64,000 nucleotides of DNA from Hydrolagus affinis (taxonomy: Eukaryota): contig JAAILG010000375.1 in NCBI GenBank assembly GCA_012026655.1, positions 1 to 64,000 on the forward strand. Direction: 5' to 3'. The notes beneath the pieces are model-generated. The model saw only the letters and a list, made by a program, of their open reading frames with translations. It did no database searches and had not been told where the DNA came from. Positions 25,715 through 37,655 of the stretch are shown piece after piece (position 1 is the first letter of the stretch; every line of letters starts with the position of its first letter). The position numbers and the translations under genes were made by a program.

Positions 25715-25857
25715 GACTCATCTGAATGACAACATCTCTAACAGTGCAACATACCCTCAGCACTGCTTTGCAGTGTCAGCGCAGACTATGTGATTCCAAT
25801 CTTGAACCCACAACCTTCTGACTAGGAGACAAAAGTGCTACCACTAAACAAAGTTGT
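25715..25857 (-). mobile_element. Older DeuSINE-like tRNA head region
   Basis: cttgaacccacaaccttctgact...gtgctaccact is the reverse complement of the head seen at 29677. Confidence 0.7.
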
Positions 25858-25917
25858 CACTTGCCTAAGCAAATAATGTTTTCTTTTTCCTTATAGATTT
25901 GCCACTATTTCACTACG

Positions 25918-26142
25918 GGAGTAACTTTCCTTACTCCACACTCCTGCTAATAATCCCTCAAAAAATAATGATTTGGTTACTCAGTCCATGACTGTTTGTG
26001 GGACACTGCTGTGCGCAATTGGCTGCCGTATATCGCCCACAAATATACAGTCAATTCACTTTTTACTGTATATTCTGTGAAGCACTTTGTGATGTCTAGC
26101 AGACGTGAAAAGCGCTATATCAAAAGCAAAGATTATTATTAT
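25918..26142 (+). mobile_element. Young SINE, 5'-truncated
   Basis: Family body and tail without the tRNA head. Confidence 0.92.
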
Positions 26143-26241
26143 TTTTATTTGGAGCAGGCCTATTTATCAAACCAAAAACACACATAAAAACAAAATGACT
26201 CCCCTAGAGTTTGAAACGGTTTCCAGGTACGCCACTGTCGG

Positions 26242-26830
26242 ATGACATTTATACCATTGACACAAACAATGACAAAAGTCATAGAGCAAAACAAAAAAGC
26301 TATACCAAAACAGAAGAGAGTTAATAGCATCCTGGATGCGGCCAAACTAAAGAAAGTTTCTCTCAGATACAAAGACCAATCAAAAATATATGAGAGGAAA
26401 TGGAAACCAAAATGGGAAGCAGTCAAGAGAAGAGATTTCATATGGAGGCATTATGATGTATTATAGCAGAGTCTCTCGTAAATCAGGCAATTCCCCCAAC
26501 TCAAGGGACATTGGACTTTCAATAACAAACAGAAAAACCATTGCTGCTCAACATGAAATACTATCAGGAAATGGAAAATCATTGGCAATAAATAAGTTCT
26601 ATGCTATTGATCTTGAATATAGAGCAGCTTATGCTTCAGCAAGCAGTTGTACACTGAAAGTGGAGAGATACTTTATAATTCATGTATCAGCTACTGCAGA
26701 AATAGAAAGAGACAACAGTATGAATATCTTTCGCCAGACTCAGAGTGCAAATCTTTCTGATGTCAAGGCTGTTTTCTACCTCAGCAGAAATCTGCAAATA
26801 TCACCAATAGACTGTCAGGAATCAGAGTCA
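26242..26830 (+). mobile_element. Internally deleted hAT transposase relic
   Basis: YERKWKPKW...GIMMYYSRVSRK...RKTIAAQHE resembles a TTF-type zinc finger with the cysteines lost, followed closely by IHVSATAEIERDNSMNIF, which resembles the hAT dimerisation motif PVSTAECERGFSxMN. Confidence 0.6.
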
Positions 26831-27599
26831 CTGACAGAGATTGCACCATACTCTCATTGGGAATCAGATACATTCTCACAAGTGGAACAACTCCAATCAC
26901 TACCACCATTACTTGACAATCATGGAAACCTAATGCCTTCTGGTCTAGAATGAGCTGAGATGTATACATTTCCCCACTCCTAGACCTCTAAGAAATGGAT
27001 TTCTGCCAGTGATTAGGTCAGCAGTGATCAGACTTCTGTCGCTGCAGCACTGAGAACTAGATTTATCCTCAGTAAGATAAGAACATAAAATCCAAAAGAT
27101 AGCATTTAGGCCAGCTTTGAGAGGTTTTAAAGACCTGATAAGGGGCTATATCAAATGCAAGGTCTACTATTATTATCAAGTTTACTTTGCCCACTCATCA
27201 TTGTGAAATGTATCCTATGATGTACTCCATTTTACTCACGTTACTTTTTGATGTTTTATTTCGTTTTGAGGTTTGGTTAGATGCGCCTTCATTCCAAAAT
27301 GTTAATCAAGTAAAAACTGTAAAATATTCATCAATCTCCACATTTCCATTCACCAATGAGTGCAGATGCATTGCAGTTTATTTTCAATTCTTATGTAAAT
27401 CATTGTAACTTTTTAATATATAAACCATTAGGTACAGGGATGCATTTCAGTGGTGAAAATGAAGTGAGAGACACCTGTAGACTTGATCCCATTGAATGGG
27501 AATGTAATCTTGAATATTGATAAATGTTTCAAAGAGGCTACACAACCATAATCATTTTCACATGTTGGTGAAATTAACAGCATGGAAGAGTAAGAGACT

Positions 27600-27830
27600 G
27601 AGCATTGCCGTTGGTTTGAAGTGGATCTGTAAAATTGGGTTTGAATCTATGCCACACAGATGGGATGAGAGTGGTCTCTTTCTGCTAAATTTTAAAGGTC
27701 CTAAGTGAAATGAGTTTCGACACTCTTAACCCAATCCCCAATGAGAATGAGTTTGCAACACAGAACTATCCATTTGACACTAATTGGTATTAAGTGGGCT
27801 GCCTTACTCCGAAAGGCCACAAGGTTAGCT
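27600..27830 (+). mobile_element. LF-SINE-like relic
   Basis: cctaagtgaaatgagtt and ttgacactaattggta...gaaaggcca match LF-SINE body motifs (cctatgtgaaatgagtt; ttggcactaattggca...gagaggcca) in the same order. Confidence 0.55.
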
Positions 27831-28499
27831 TAGATTGGAAATGGAAATGTCACACTGGTGTCAGAGGGTAGATTTTGAGGTTGGGGTTGAGGCACGTTGT
27901 TTATTCTGCCTTTTGCTCTCGAAAGAAAGTGGAAATGTATTCCCTTCTTCAGCACTGACACTCCTGAATTTAATGAGCACAGAAATCTATCTAAAATATA
28001 AAATGTACAGATTTTTTTTTAAAAAAGTCTACTTGAATAAGGAGACAATATATATTTTGTCCGGTTTTGCATTTTTTAGGGGGCCCTGGTTGGATTTATG
28101 CTTTTAGAACATCCAGTTACTAATTGGAGTATTCTGTCATTATTTTTTTCTGATATACAGTAGTAACCCATCAAATCGACCATTGGACATTGAATTTTTG
28201 CTCTTGGACTCCTTTATTGGCTGAACGAAGGCCTGAAAATAATAAGAAAGGGCCAGAACACAAAATGCCAGCCGTAAAACTACTTTTGGAGGTCTTTTGA
28301 TTCCAAATAATTTCTCTTTTTTTTAAAAAAAATGTATTTTTAGTAAATTTAATACCAAATTCTGCAATTTTATTTGTAAATCATTACACGCTATTGTCAC
28401 AGTGAAGTTTAGTTACTGGATACTACATTTTCAACATTATTGTTATTTGTTAATTGTTAATTGTTTCAGCTTGTCCTGCAGTTAATTGTTTCTCCCTCA

Positions 28500-28598
28500 A
28501 AACACACAGTCAATTCACTTTACGGTATATTCCAGGAAGCACTTTGAGATGTCTCAACTACATAATAAGGTGCTATATCAAGCACAATTATTATTATT
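28500..28598 (+). mobile_element. SINE 3' fragment
   Basis: acagtcaattcactttacggtatattcc...gagatgtc...(ATT)n. Confidence 0.8.
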
Positions 28599-29676
28599 GT
28601 TGGAACTGTGTGGAATCTGACCTGTGAGAATTAAGGAATTTATAATCTTGAAGGGAATTTGCAGTTAAAAGTCTTGATATACAGGAATAGAAAATGGTTT
28701 ACAACTTGTGTTCTGTATTCACCTCAGAAAAATCTACTCGTCTATATCTGCTTTAAGTAGACTCACTTGTACTTATCACAAACTGAAGATGGTAGCCTTT
28801 AAATTGCTTAAAATTTTGAATTAAGTTAAGTCTTTCATCCCCTTAGCAAACTCTCTTTTTGTTTCCCTCAGTCGTTTAATGTTAAGGTTAGGGCAGTTTT
28901 AATAGGAACCCTTAGGGATTATTCCCAATTACCAACATTTTCAAAGAGTATTGTGAGCCAAAGGGCTTTTAGGCTGATGAAGACATTAATTTTTTAGCAA
29001 ATTGGAAAATGTAATGTGTTTTTAATGTAAATTCTGATCCTACTGTTTAATATCTCTCTTTTTCCATTAAGAACGCCAAGTCAAAAAGAGTGCTTGATTG
29101 ATCAAAAAGTATGCTTTTTGCTTCAATTGTGTTGGAGAGGAAAGCTTTTCTGTCTTAAAAAGTACTGTGGCCACCTTTGGACTCCTCAGGGTTAATATGA
29201 AGGTGAGAGGTTAAGGCATGTTTTCATTTGGCTATTTGGCAGCACTTTTACCCTTCATAAATCATAAAGTAAAGATTGTGCCAGAAGTGACTTCATGTAT
29301 TAGACTGGAGCTTTAGCATTACCCAGAAAAGCTAGGCTGTCGTAACGTTGAATTACTAATGGAGATATTTAATGGGAGATACTTAAATTGCCAGCTTAGA
29401 GTTGCAGTCACATTCAATGTATAGAAAAATCACAATACTATTTTTGACTGGTGCTTACTGACTGAGTAGACTGGTTTGGTTTACAACTATTTGGTGAGTA
29501 GAGTACAACTCTGACACACATGAAGAGTACCTGCTCATGACACACATGAAGAGATGTGGTTGTCCTGCTGTGCAGTTTCTCCTGCCTATGAGCAATGCAC
29601 AATCTTTCACAGCGTTCTCTATTTCTCGGTACTGCGCTTCAGAGGACAAGAGTTTCTAATAGTTTGTATATCAACC

Positions 29677-30045
29677 TGGCTCAGTTGGCAGCAATCTCGC
29701 CTCTGAGTCAGAAGGCTGTGAGTTCAAGACCCACTTTAGGAGTTTGAACTTGCATAGTCTTAGCAGACACTCCAATGCAGTGCCAGGGGAGTGCTGTATT
29801 GTCAGAGGTGCTGCTATTTCACCGAGATCTCGTCTGCCTGTTCATTAAATATCCCATGGCACTATTCAAAAAGAGAAGTGAGTTTCTCTCAGTGTCTGGC
29901 CAGCAATTCCTACATAAAAAAGTACAAATTAACTGCTTTGTTTGCCTACAATACACACACTCACTACATTTAACAGTAAAAATCCTTCAATATGCTTGGA
30001 CACTGCCTTCTGATGCAAAAACTATTTATCAAATGTAAGAATTAT
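29677..30045 (+). mobile_element. Older DeuSINE-like element with tRNA head
   Basis: tggctcagttgg...ctcgcctctgagtcagaaggctgtgagttcaag, followed by atcccatggcactattcaaa. Confidence 0.85.
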
Positions 30046-30100
30046 AGCATTGTAATCTGTTTTCTGTGTTTATATCCCACAAACAATGTGACATCTGTGT

Positions 30101-30317
30101 GCCACAAATAGTCGTGGATTGAGTAGCCTAATTATTACTATTATTTTTTAAAAGAATTATCAATTTTGGAAAAGCAAATTGTCAATCGACTAACAATCAT
30201 GTTCCTACTTTCTGCTAGGTAGACAGACAAGTAAATTTGCCTAAGGTTTCGCGCTGTCCAGGAATCAAACCCAGGTCCCCCTCGCTTGCGAGGCGAATGC
30301 TACAACCTCTAAGCTAC
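30101..30317 (-). mobile_element. Young SINE 5' half with unrelated sequence inside
   Basis: tRNA head at 30240-30317 and body motif cacaaatagtcgtggattga. Confidence 0.75.
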
Positions 30318-30414
30318 GTGTTAGCGAATAGGATTGTTCTGAAAAAGGTCTGCTGTAGTCCATCTGGCAGATCTCGAAGTAAAATAAATAAAATTAATAA
30401 ATAATTTGAAATGG

Positions 30415-30535
30415 CTCCATAGCTCATATCCCTTAATTTATTTCTTTGCCAAATAGTGATCTAATTCTCTCTTGAATTTACTGTTGCAGTGTACCTCTCT
30501 GGGCAGTCTATTCCATATATTCACCACTCTGTTTA
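30415..30535 (-). mobile_element. CR1 ORF2 C-terminal fragment
   Basis: RVVNIWNRLPREV...FKRELDHYL. Confidence 0.85.
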
Positions 30536-32774
30536 GAATCATTAAATCTGAGTGGCTCAGCTCAGTCCAAACTAATATTCCAAAGGATGTGAGTTTTGCA
30601 GACGAATTTTGAAAAACTGACATCCATTTGGAAGAGAAGGGAAGGGTATGGTGAGGGGAGGGGAGTGGGAGAAAAGGAAATTAATTTTCACCCTAGACTG
30701 TGCTCATGCTAACCGGAGTGCATTTCTTGTTTAATGGGAGTACAGCAGAGCTACACAGAGATAACTGATCTGCAATCTGCACCCTTTGATGCCTATTGGT
30801 GCCTCATGGGAGCAGGCATGTGTTTGATTGAAAGAGTGCTGAAAGTGAAACTTAATGAAGTGAAAGCTTTTACCTTTTGCAGAAATACATCAAGGTTTCC
30901 ATCTTTGGTACTACTGGCAAGAACTAGGGGGGGAAAAAATCCCTTCTGTGAAACAGATGCTTCTTGATCAGATCCGTACTGGAGCTCTGGTATAGTCGCT
31001 GTTTTATGTCGGATTACAGATTATTATCATCTTTGTCGGTTCATCACTTAAGTCATGGCTGAGGAGTATTTTGAAAAGCATTTCTTGTCTCACTTTGTAA
31101 ATGATCCCCAAATCACAGCCTGATGCTACAAAGGTGTGTCCATTTCATTCTCTTACCCAGAGACCTTGTAAATGGGAATATTGCCAATTTAACTACTTGC
31201 TATAGAACCTTTGAAGCTTTAAAACAAGTCCCAAATAGAACCATAGAAATGTGCTGAGATTTAATGTTTCTTTGATTTGCGTTCTAAAATGCAGACAATT
31301 GAAGGTCACATTGAAACTGGTTATGAACTCTGTACCATTCTTACATGAATATATAAAACCACAGAGGAAGGAAATCCCACTGAGCTAATCACACAAATTG
31401 AGTTTGTCCAAACAAATAAACAGCTTTGAAAATTTAGCAGTGATTCAATGGTCCCACTCAGTAGCAATCAGACCAGGTGGGTTTTGAAATATATTGATTC
31501 TTCCTTTTGATATTCTTCTGATGAAGAACACATTGAAAAATTAAAACAATCAACTTGTCTCAGCCTTTAATCGTTGCAATATTTTTAAGACTAGACTGCT
31601 GCATTCAATGAGCCCAATCTGGGTTCCCAGCTATCATCACCACTTGGTACATAAAAGCATAAGAGGATAACTTTGATTGCCCCACCGAGTCATGGAGCTC
31701 TTCGATATGTGCTTTTTGAACCGTAATTCCTAATATTAACTCCCCAAGGAATTAGAGTTTCACATTACACAGAATCAACAAGAAGTTTTGATCTGTACTG
31801 CTTTCTCAAAGCATCTTGTATAAATAAATCGAAGTTGTTGTTGTTGTAGATAATGGTTTGATGGTATTTTTTATTGCTTCAGTTAGCTGAAGTATACTTT
31901 TGGGTGACCTTGGAGCATGACTGTTTGCTTCAATGCACTAACAACAGCTGGTTAGTTAAATGTGACCATCTATCTGTAAAGAGAGAACTTGTGAATTATA
32001 CGCATAAATTTTTTTTGTTGCAAATATGTATATATATTTTTTAATCCCACTGTGTGCTAACACTGTGAATTCTCAGTGTCCTGAATGCTGAACAATTTAA
32101 CAATCTTGCCTTACTAAACCAAAGACAGAGTTTTAAAACAAAATACTCTGATTTGTTTTATTTTAAAAGACATTTACAGGGATGTTTTTGTTCCCTTTAT
32201 AAATTTCCAGTTTTCATTGGCATTAGCTGCAAGTGAAGTGAAGAAACTGGAATTAAGACAAGTTTCGATTATAATTTCAGAAATTATAACAGGCCCAAAC
32301 GGAACAAAAGCTACTTTTCCTGCTTGTCACTCACATTGGCTCAGGAGTGCTTCAAACACAATATACGCAATGATTTTTTAATGCATTTTATTTTGATTGT
32401 TTGTCTTCCCCTTGCTTCCTTCTTTGCAAGAAAAGCTCAATTTAATTGGAGGAATCTCAGTCATGCATGCTCTGCTCATCCATCCAGAACTCCACCTGCA
32501 CCTTAACATAACTTTGCATGTAAACATGATCTACAGTGGTGGAGAGGGAGACAAACACCTATTCATTGCCACTCTGTCTCGCAGGAGAGAATACAATCCA
32601 ATTCTCACTTTGAAAACCGCTGCTCATTTCAAGTTGCCCTTGCAGAAAATTTATTTGCCTTAATAGATGACACCACATGCATGTCTGCTTAATTCCATGG
32701 ATGAAGTAACCACAAAACTCAGAAAGAACACAGCCTACCACTTTTGTCATGTGCCTCATCACAGTTATTGATCC

Positions 32775-32850
32775 TAGTCTGGCTCAGTCAGTAGCCTGGC
32801 TCTCGCCTCTGAATCGGACGGTTGTCAGTTCAAACCCACGTCAGGACTTT
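32775..32850 (+). mobile_element. Older SINE tRNA head only
   Basis: tggctcagtcagtagc...ctctcgcctctgaatcggacggttgtcagttcaaaccc, homologous to the head at 29677. Confidence 0.7.
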
Positions 32851-33529
32851 GACATTTTTTGTGGAGCACTCAGTTCGGTTTAGTCTTAAATTTTGAATAA
32901 GAATAATTGTAAGACTTTTACTGGTTTTAGAAGTTCACAAGTCAGACAGACAAAGAAGCAATCAATGTGTTATTGCAGCATTGTTTGCCTCAGGTTGCAA
33001 TCACTTTTGGCAGGTAACCATTTTTATTCTATCTTTGGTTCGAATAGCTACCATTTCTACCTCCAATAGGAAGGCTGCTTTTAACAAGCTGGATGCTATG
33101 AACAGAGATAAGAAACTGAAAGTGTGAACTCAGCAATTCAACAGAAGGAAATAAAAGAGTTTTGGTGGAAATATTTAGCGACTTCTTGAAAACTCTGAAT
33201 ATTATACTGAATAAAAGTTAGAAGTGCAAAAATTTGCCAAATTTTATGCAAAAGTTCTTCTATGACCATGGAAGATGTAAATATGTTTATGTAAAATATA
33301 CTTAATGCATTTTAGCATCTATAATTTGGGATCGTTTGCCAAAAATATTTATGATTAATGGAAGCTAGTGTGAACTCAGTGACAGGATGTTGTATGGCTT
33401 AGTTAAGTGGATGAGAACAATCCTGTAAATATATATCTTTAGCACCCTCAATTATTACATCAAACGGCAAGTGGAAAGAGGTCATGGCGGTTCCTTACCT
33501 TTAAAATAGAAAACATCCAGCTTGCAGCC

Positions 33530-33737
33530 TAATTCTCCTACCTCATACCCCACCCCATTCTGTCTCCTTCACCCAGCCCGCTCTCCACTCCTACCACAGG
33601 CCCATCCTACATTTCCTTGCCTGCATTTCTCCTTGCTCCATCTCATCCTCCATCATCGTGAATCCCACTACCAGTACCTTGGGATGTCCTCCTGACAATG
33701 AAAGGCACTGTAAAAATATAATTTTGTTGTTGTTGTT
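33530..33737 (+). mobile_element. L2 3' UTR and tail
   Basis: C-rich tract followed by ccttgggatgtcctcctgacaatgaaaggcactg...ttgttgttgttg. Confidence 0.8.
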
Positions 33738-33989
33738 TCAAGAAGTATTTGTGATCAAATTATCTATCAGTGGATTTATAGTGAAAGAGGGGAGCTTGTG
33801 AAATTCAAGGCAAGGTTGTTGTAAAGAGGGCTTGCAGAATTTGGGGAGCACAAAGAAAGAGGATTGGAAACTGCAATGGGATGTAAATGCAAGGTGTTGT
33901 TGAGGAGTGGGTTCAGTCCTCACAACACTTTACATCATCTATGTAAGGTCCAAATGGTGGGAATTAAATGGCAGAACTGCTGAGTATTT

Positions 33990-34170
33990 TGGCTAATGAC
34001 TAACAAATTGGATTTTAATGTGGATAAATGCAACATGATGAATATAACTGTGAAAATGATTGAGTTTGATCACAAGATAAATGGCTGACTCTTAAAAACA
34101 GCACAGGGGAAAGATTAAACACCTGTCGTCACTGAGATGGTTACAAACAATGCAAATGGAATTGCTGGAC
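33990..34170 (+). mobile_element. Old CR1 RT fragment
   Basis: gattttaatgtggataaatgcaacatgatg translates DFNVDKCNMM (CR1 motif FNVDKCKVMH). Confidence 0.55.
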
Positions 34171-34403
34171 TAGAATTAATCTTAAAAATCATCTTGTTGC
34201 ATTAATCACCTTAAAATCTATTTGGGGATTCTTCTGCTACATCACCTCCAGTACTCACGACAGCCATCCTTTCACTTTACTGGGGTAAGGCAGCCCACAT
34301 TCATTCCATTTGACTTCTGGAGAAGTGGTGTAGATATGTAACTTTCATCCCAGCATGAGTAAATCAGATTGAAACGATCATGTCTAACGCATTGTACCAT
34401 GTA

Positions 34404-34806
34404 CAGTAGAAGTCCATTTATCCGTGACCCGATCAACATAACTTCCGCATAACCGGCACCGCCAAAAAAAAGGTCCACATTCGATAAACCAGAATTTGTC
34501 CAGAAAAATGCATTTTTTGGGTGTTTTGTGTTGTGTCAGTATTTTGGAATGCTGCTACTAGGTGGCTGATGGTGGCACTAGCTCAGAATGCGGCCGGTAC
34601 TGTAAAGCAATGCATTCTCCGGAGTGTACTCTTTGAGAGAGACAGAGGGTGAGTTGATTAATATAGATTTAATTTAGCCACAAAACAGCAGAACACCCAC
34701 CCACCCTGAGCAAAGCTTACAGGTCAATTCATTGGCTTTTATTTTAACAAAAAAGACTCATCCCTGCAATGCTCGTTTTACAGAGTGCAGTATTTCAACT
34801 TGGTGT

Positions 34807-34845
<39 letters not shown>

Positions 34846-35205
34846 CATCGCAAGGCTTTTTGGAAAGAAAGTTAACTGAACTGAGCGGCCGCCGCTCACT
34901 CTCTGCTTTCCCAATAACACAAGCTTTCCTCTCTTCTGCCCGCAATGAGAACAGTGTTATTCAGACGTGTAACTTTTGCACGAGTTAAAAGATCTCTCTG
35001 AACTGCCTGGTCGCTGTGTGTAAAATTATTATAATTATTATTTATATATTATATCATATAAATGATTATTTAGTACATTATTAATATGCTATGTTTTAAA
35101 AAGTGTAATTTAAAAATTTGAGTAGGGTTTTCTGCTGAATATCCGGCAGGCGCTTTACCGGCACTGGCCAGGTCCCGAGGGTGCCGGATAAACGGGCTTC
35201 TACTG
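34404..35205. mobile_element. Non-autonomous Tc1/mariner-superfamily (pogo/Tigger-type) DNA transposon, 802 bp
   Basis: 21-bp terminal inverted repeats cagtagaagtccatttatccg / cggataaacgggcttctactg (2 mismatches), TA on both flanks, subterminal ccggca repeats, no transposase ORF. Confidence 0.9.
34808..34843. repeat. (CA)n microsatellite inside the MITE
   Basis: Directly visible. Confidence 0.98.
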
Positions 35206-36127
35206 TAGTTATCATTCTTTTAAAAGTCACTCACAAATTTGGGGCTGCAATTTATTCCTACCAGAAGACTAAATCTGAAGGGAAAGGTGCTTTCTAAAAT
35301 GGGTGGTAAAAGAGGAGAAAGATACAAGCAAAGAGAGGACATACCTTTTGTTTGGAGGAACATGCCTAAAATTGCTGTGCTGTGTACAATTTATGTAAAA
35401 AAAAAAGTACCATTTTGTCCTGTTTTAAAGCAATATTGGTGCTATTGTCAGAAGTAAGCGGGGGAAATAAGATCTAATTTAGGGGAACCGATCTTAGATG
35501 TAAGAAACTGGACGATAGAGGCAATGGGATCTATTTGAGTCATCTACAAGATTCAAAATGGAACAATCTATCTGAATGAGCAGTTCTGGTTCCAGAGATT
35601 CTCACAAAATGTCACCGCAGACATAGTCCAGCTTTTGCTTTAATAAGACCTTGTATTTTAGAACTGAAAGCTTGATGTCTAAGGTCCTGTTTTACACAAA
35701 GATTACACAGAGGGCTCTTCTATGACAAAAATGAACAGACATATTCATCCCAGTTGTTTGTCTTCAGCTTCTGGCATGGATCAAGGAAAGTGGAAGTGAC
35801 ATTATGTCAGACACAAAAATGGATCCTTGTCTCTTGCTATCTCGATCCTTTCCCAGTCTACACTATCCAAAGGCACCATCTTAAACTGATCAAAGGAGCT
35901 AGAAACAATTGGTGCGTGAGTGGAGTTGGGGACCGGAGGGTGAAATGATGATGTGATTAGAAAGCTTAAGGAGAAGCTGTTGTTGTAATTTTTCATTTGG
36001 TCAGTGTTTTAAATTCATAAACGATTTTGCAATTTTGCAAAGTACAGTATCTGAAATAATCAGTTTAAAATTATGCAAATTAATCCGTTACACCATTTGA
36101 ATATTCTGTTCACCATTGATAGCCATG

Positions 36128-36424
36128 ATAATAATATTAATAATCCTTCTATTTGATATAGCACTTTTCACATCTTCTAGATGTCTCAACATGCTTCACA
36201 GAATTTACTGTAAAGTGAATTGACTGTATATTTGTGGGCAACATGGGTCAGACAATTGCGCACAGCAGTGTCCCACAAACAGTCATGGGTTGAAATTACA
36301 ATTTTTTTTTGAGGGATTATTATTAGGCATTTAGGCAGTAAGGTTTTGACCTGACTTGCCTGGATTTGAACACAGATCTCACGCTTGTAAGGAGAGTGCT
36401 CTAACCACTAAGCTACAGCACTCC
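36128..36424 (-). mobile_element. Young tRNA-derived SINE, near full length
   Basis: Reverse-complement match to the family. Confidence 0.93.
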
Positions 36425-36919
36425 ATGATTAGTTGGCATTAAAGCTCGTTAAGATTCAAGCTGTGACTTTTGATTTGTAGAAATAACTTTAGAACAGTGG
36501 AGATTTAGAAACAGATTGCAGAGTTGTATTTGCCGAGTACACAAAACTGTGGTCTTCCACTTGCCCGATAATAAGATATTTCACACACAGTGAGAACAGG
36601 AAGAGCAGCAAGTGCCGTCGAAAAGGAATCAAAACTGCTGTGTAAGGTTTACTCACATGTTTTGAAAGTGATTCATTGGAAGGTTGTATGGAAATTGTTC
36701 TACTGTTGAGCTCAGAATAGACTAGTATGTGTGCGTGTGTGTGTGTGTGCATGTGTGGAGCCAGCAGTCTGAGTGACTGCATAAAAATGTTAAGACGGAA
36801 TGACTCTGGCTTAGCATATAATATTGTCTTTGTTTGGAGAAGCTAGCAGAAAGCATGTTTATTTGTACGCTCTGTGTTCTACTTAAGATTTTCAATGACG
36901 TATGTGTTGTAGTGCTTGA

Positions 36920-37006
36920 GGAGACAAGACTATATATACAGCACAAAAACATGTGCTGTATATATAGTCTATAGGAGACTAGACTATATATACAGCACAA
37001 AAACAT
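36920..37006. repeat. Direct-inverted-direct micro-triplication
   Basis: 33-nt direct repeat (36920-36952, 36974-37006) with a 19-nt inverted copy between them. Confidence 0.92.
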
Positions 37007-37187
37007 AAAGTATTTATGTGACATTATAAGAGCAAATTTGAAGCATGAATGCTGAAATTGTAACTGACTTGGGACACTCTTCTGCATGTTGCATTCTATG
37101 GGTTCTAATTTGTATTATTTCTTAAAAGGTTCCTCAATAATCAATTCACATCAGAAAAACAAGGATTCATTTATATAGTAATCTAAC

Positions 37188-37294
37188 ATAATAATTCTTG
37201 CATTTAATATAGCACCTTATCATGTTGTTGAGACATCTCAAAGCACTTCACAAAATATCCCGTGAAGTGAATTGACTATATATTTTGTTGGTGA
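37188..37294 (-). mobile_element. SINE 3' fragment
   Basis: ataataattcttgcatttaatatagcacc...gaagtgaattgact. Confidence 0.8.
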
Positions 37295-37359
37295 AATTTA
37301 TTGGCAATTACTCATTCCTTGAAATCCAATTTTCACCTGAGGAGGTGATCATTGTCTAT

Positions 37360-37655
37360 CATTTAGGATGAGGCATTAAACTGGGGTTCCATTTATCATT
37401 TCAGAAAAATGGTGAAGCCATGAGGCAATTCAAAAAGAGCAGGGAGTTTCTCCCGGTATTCTGGCTAATAATTCTCCAATTGAATTGGTTATTCATTTCC
37501 TGTCTGTTCTGGGGATATTGTTGCATATAATATAAATTGGCTGCTGTATTTGGCTAAAAATACCTGATTCCCCTATAAACTAACAGTGATTACTGTGAAG
37601 CACTTTGAGACATTTCAATATGAAACACTATTACAATATATCAACCCCAAGAATT
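37360..37655 (+). mobile_element. Older DeuSINE-like element
   Basis: ggatgaggcattaaactgggg...gagcagggagtttctcccggtattctggctaata...aattggctgctg...ctgtgaagcactttgagaca. Confidence 0.75.

Noticed and set aside
30638-30670. G-quadruplex-like purine run
   Set aside because: Common low-complexity sequence with no functional context.
31518-31548. ctgatgaagaacacattgaaa as a second hammerhead
   Set aside because: No stem II pairing and no Penelope-like flanks.
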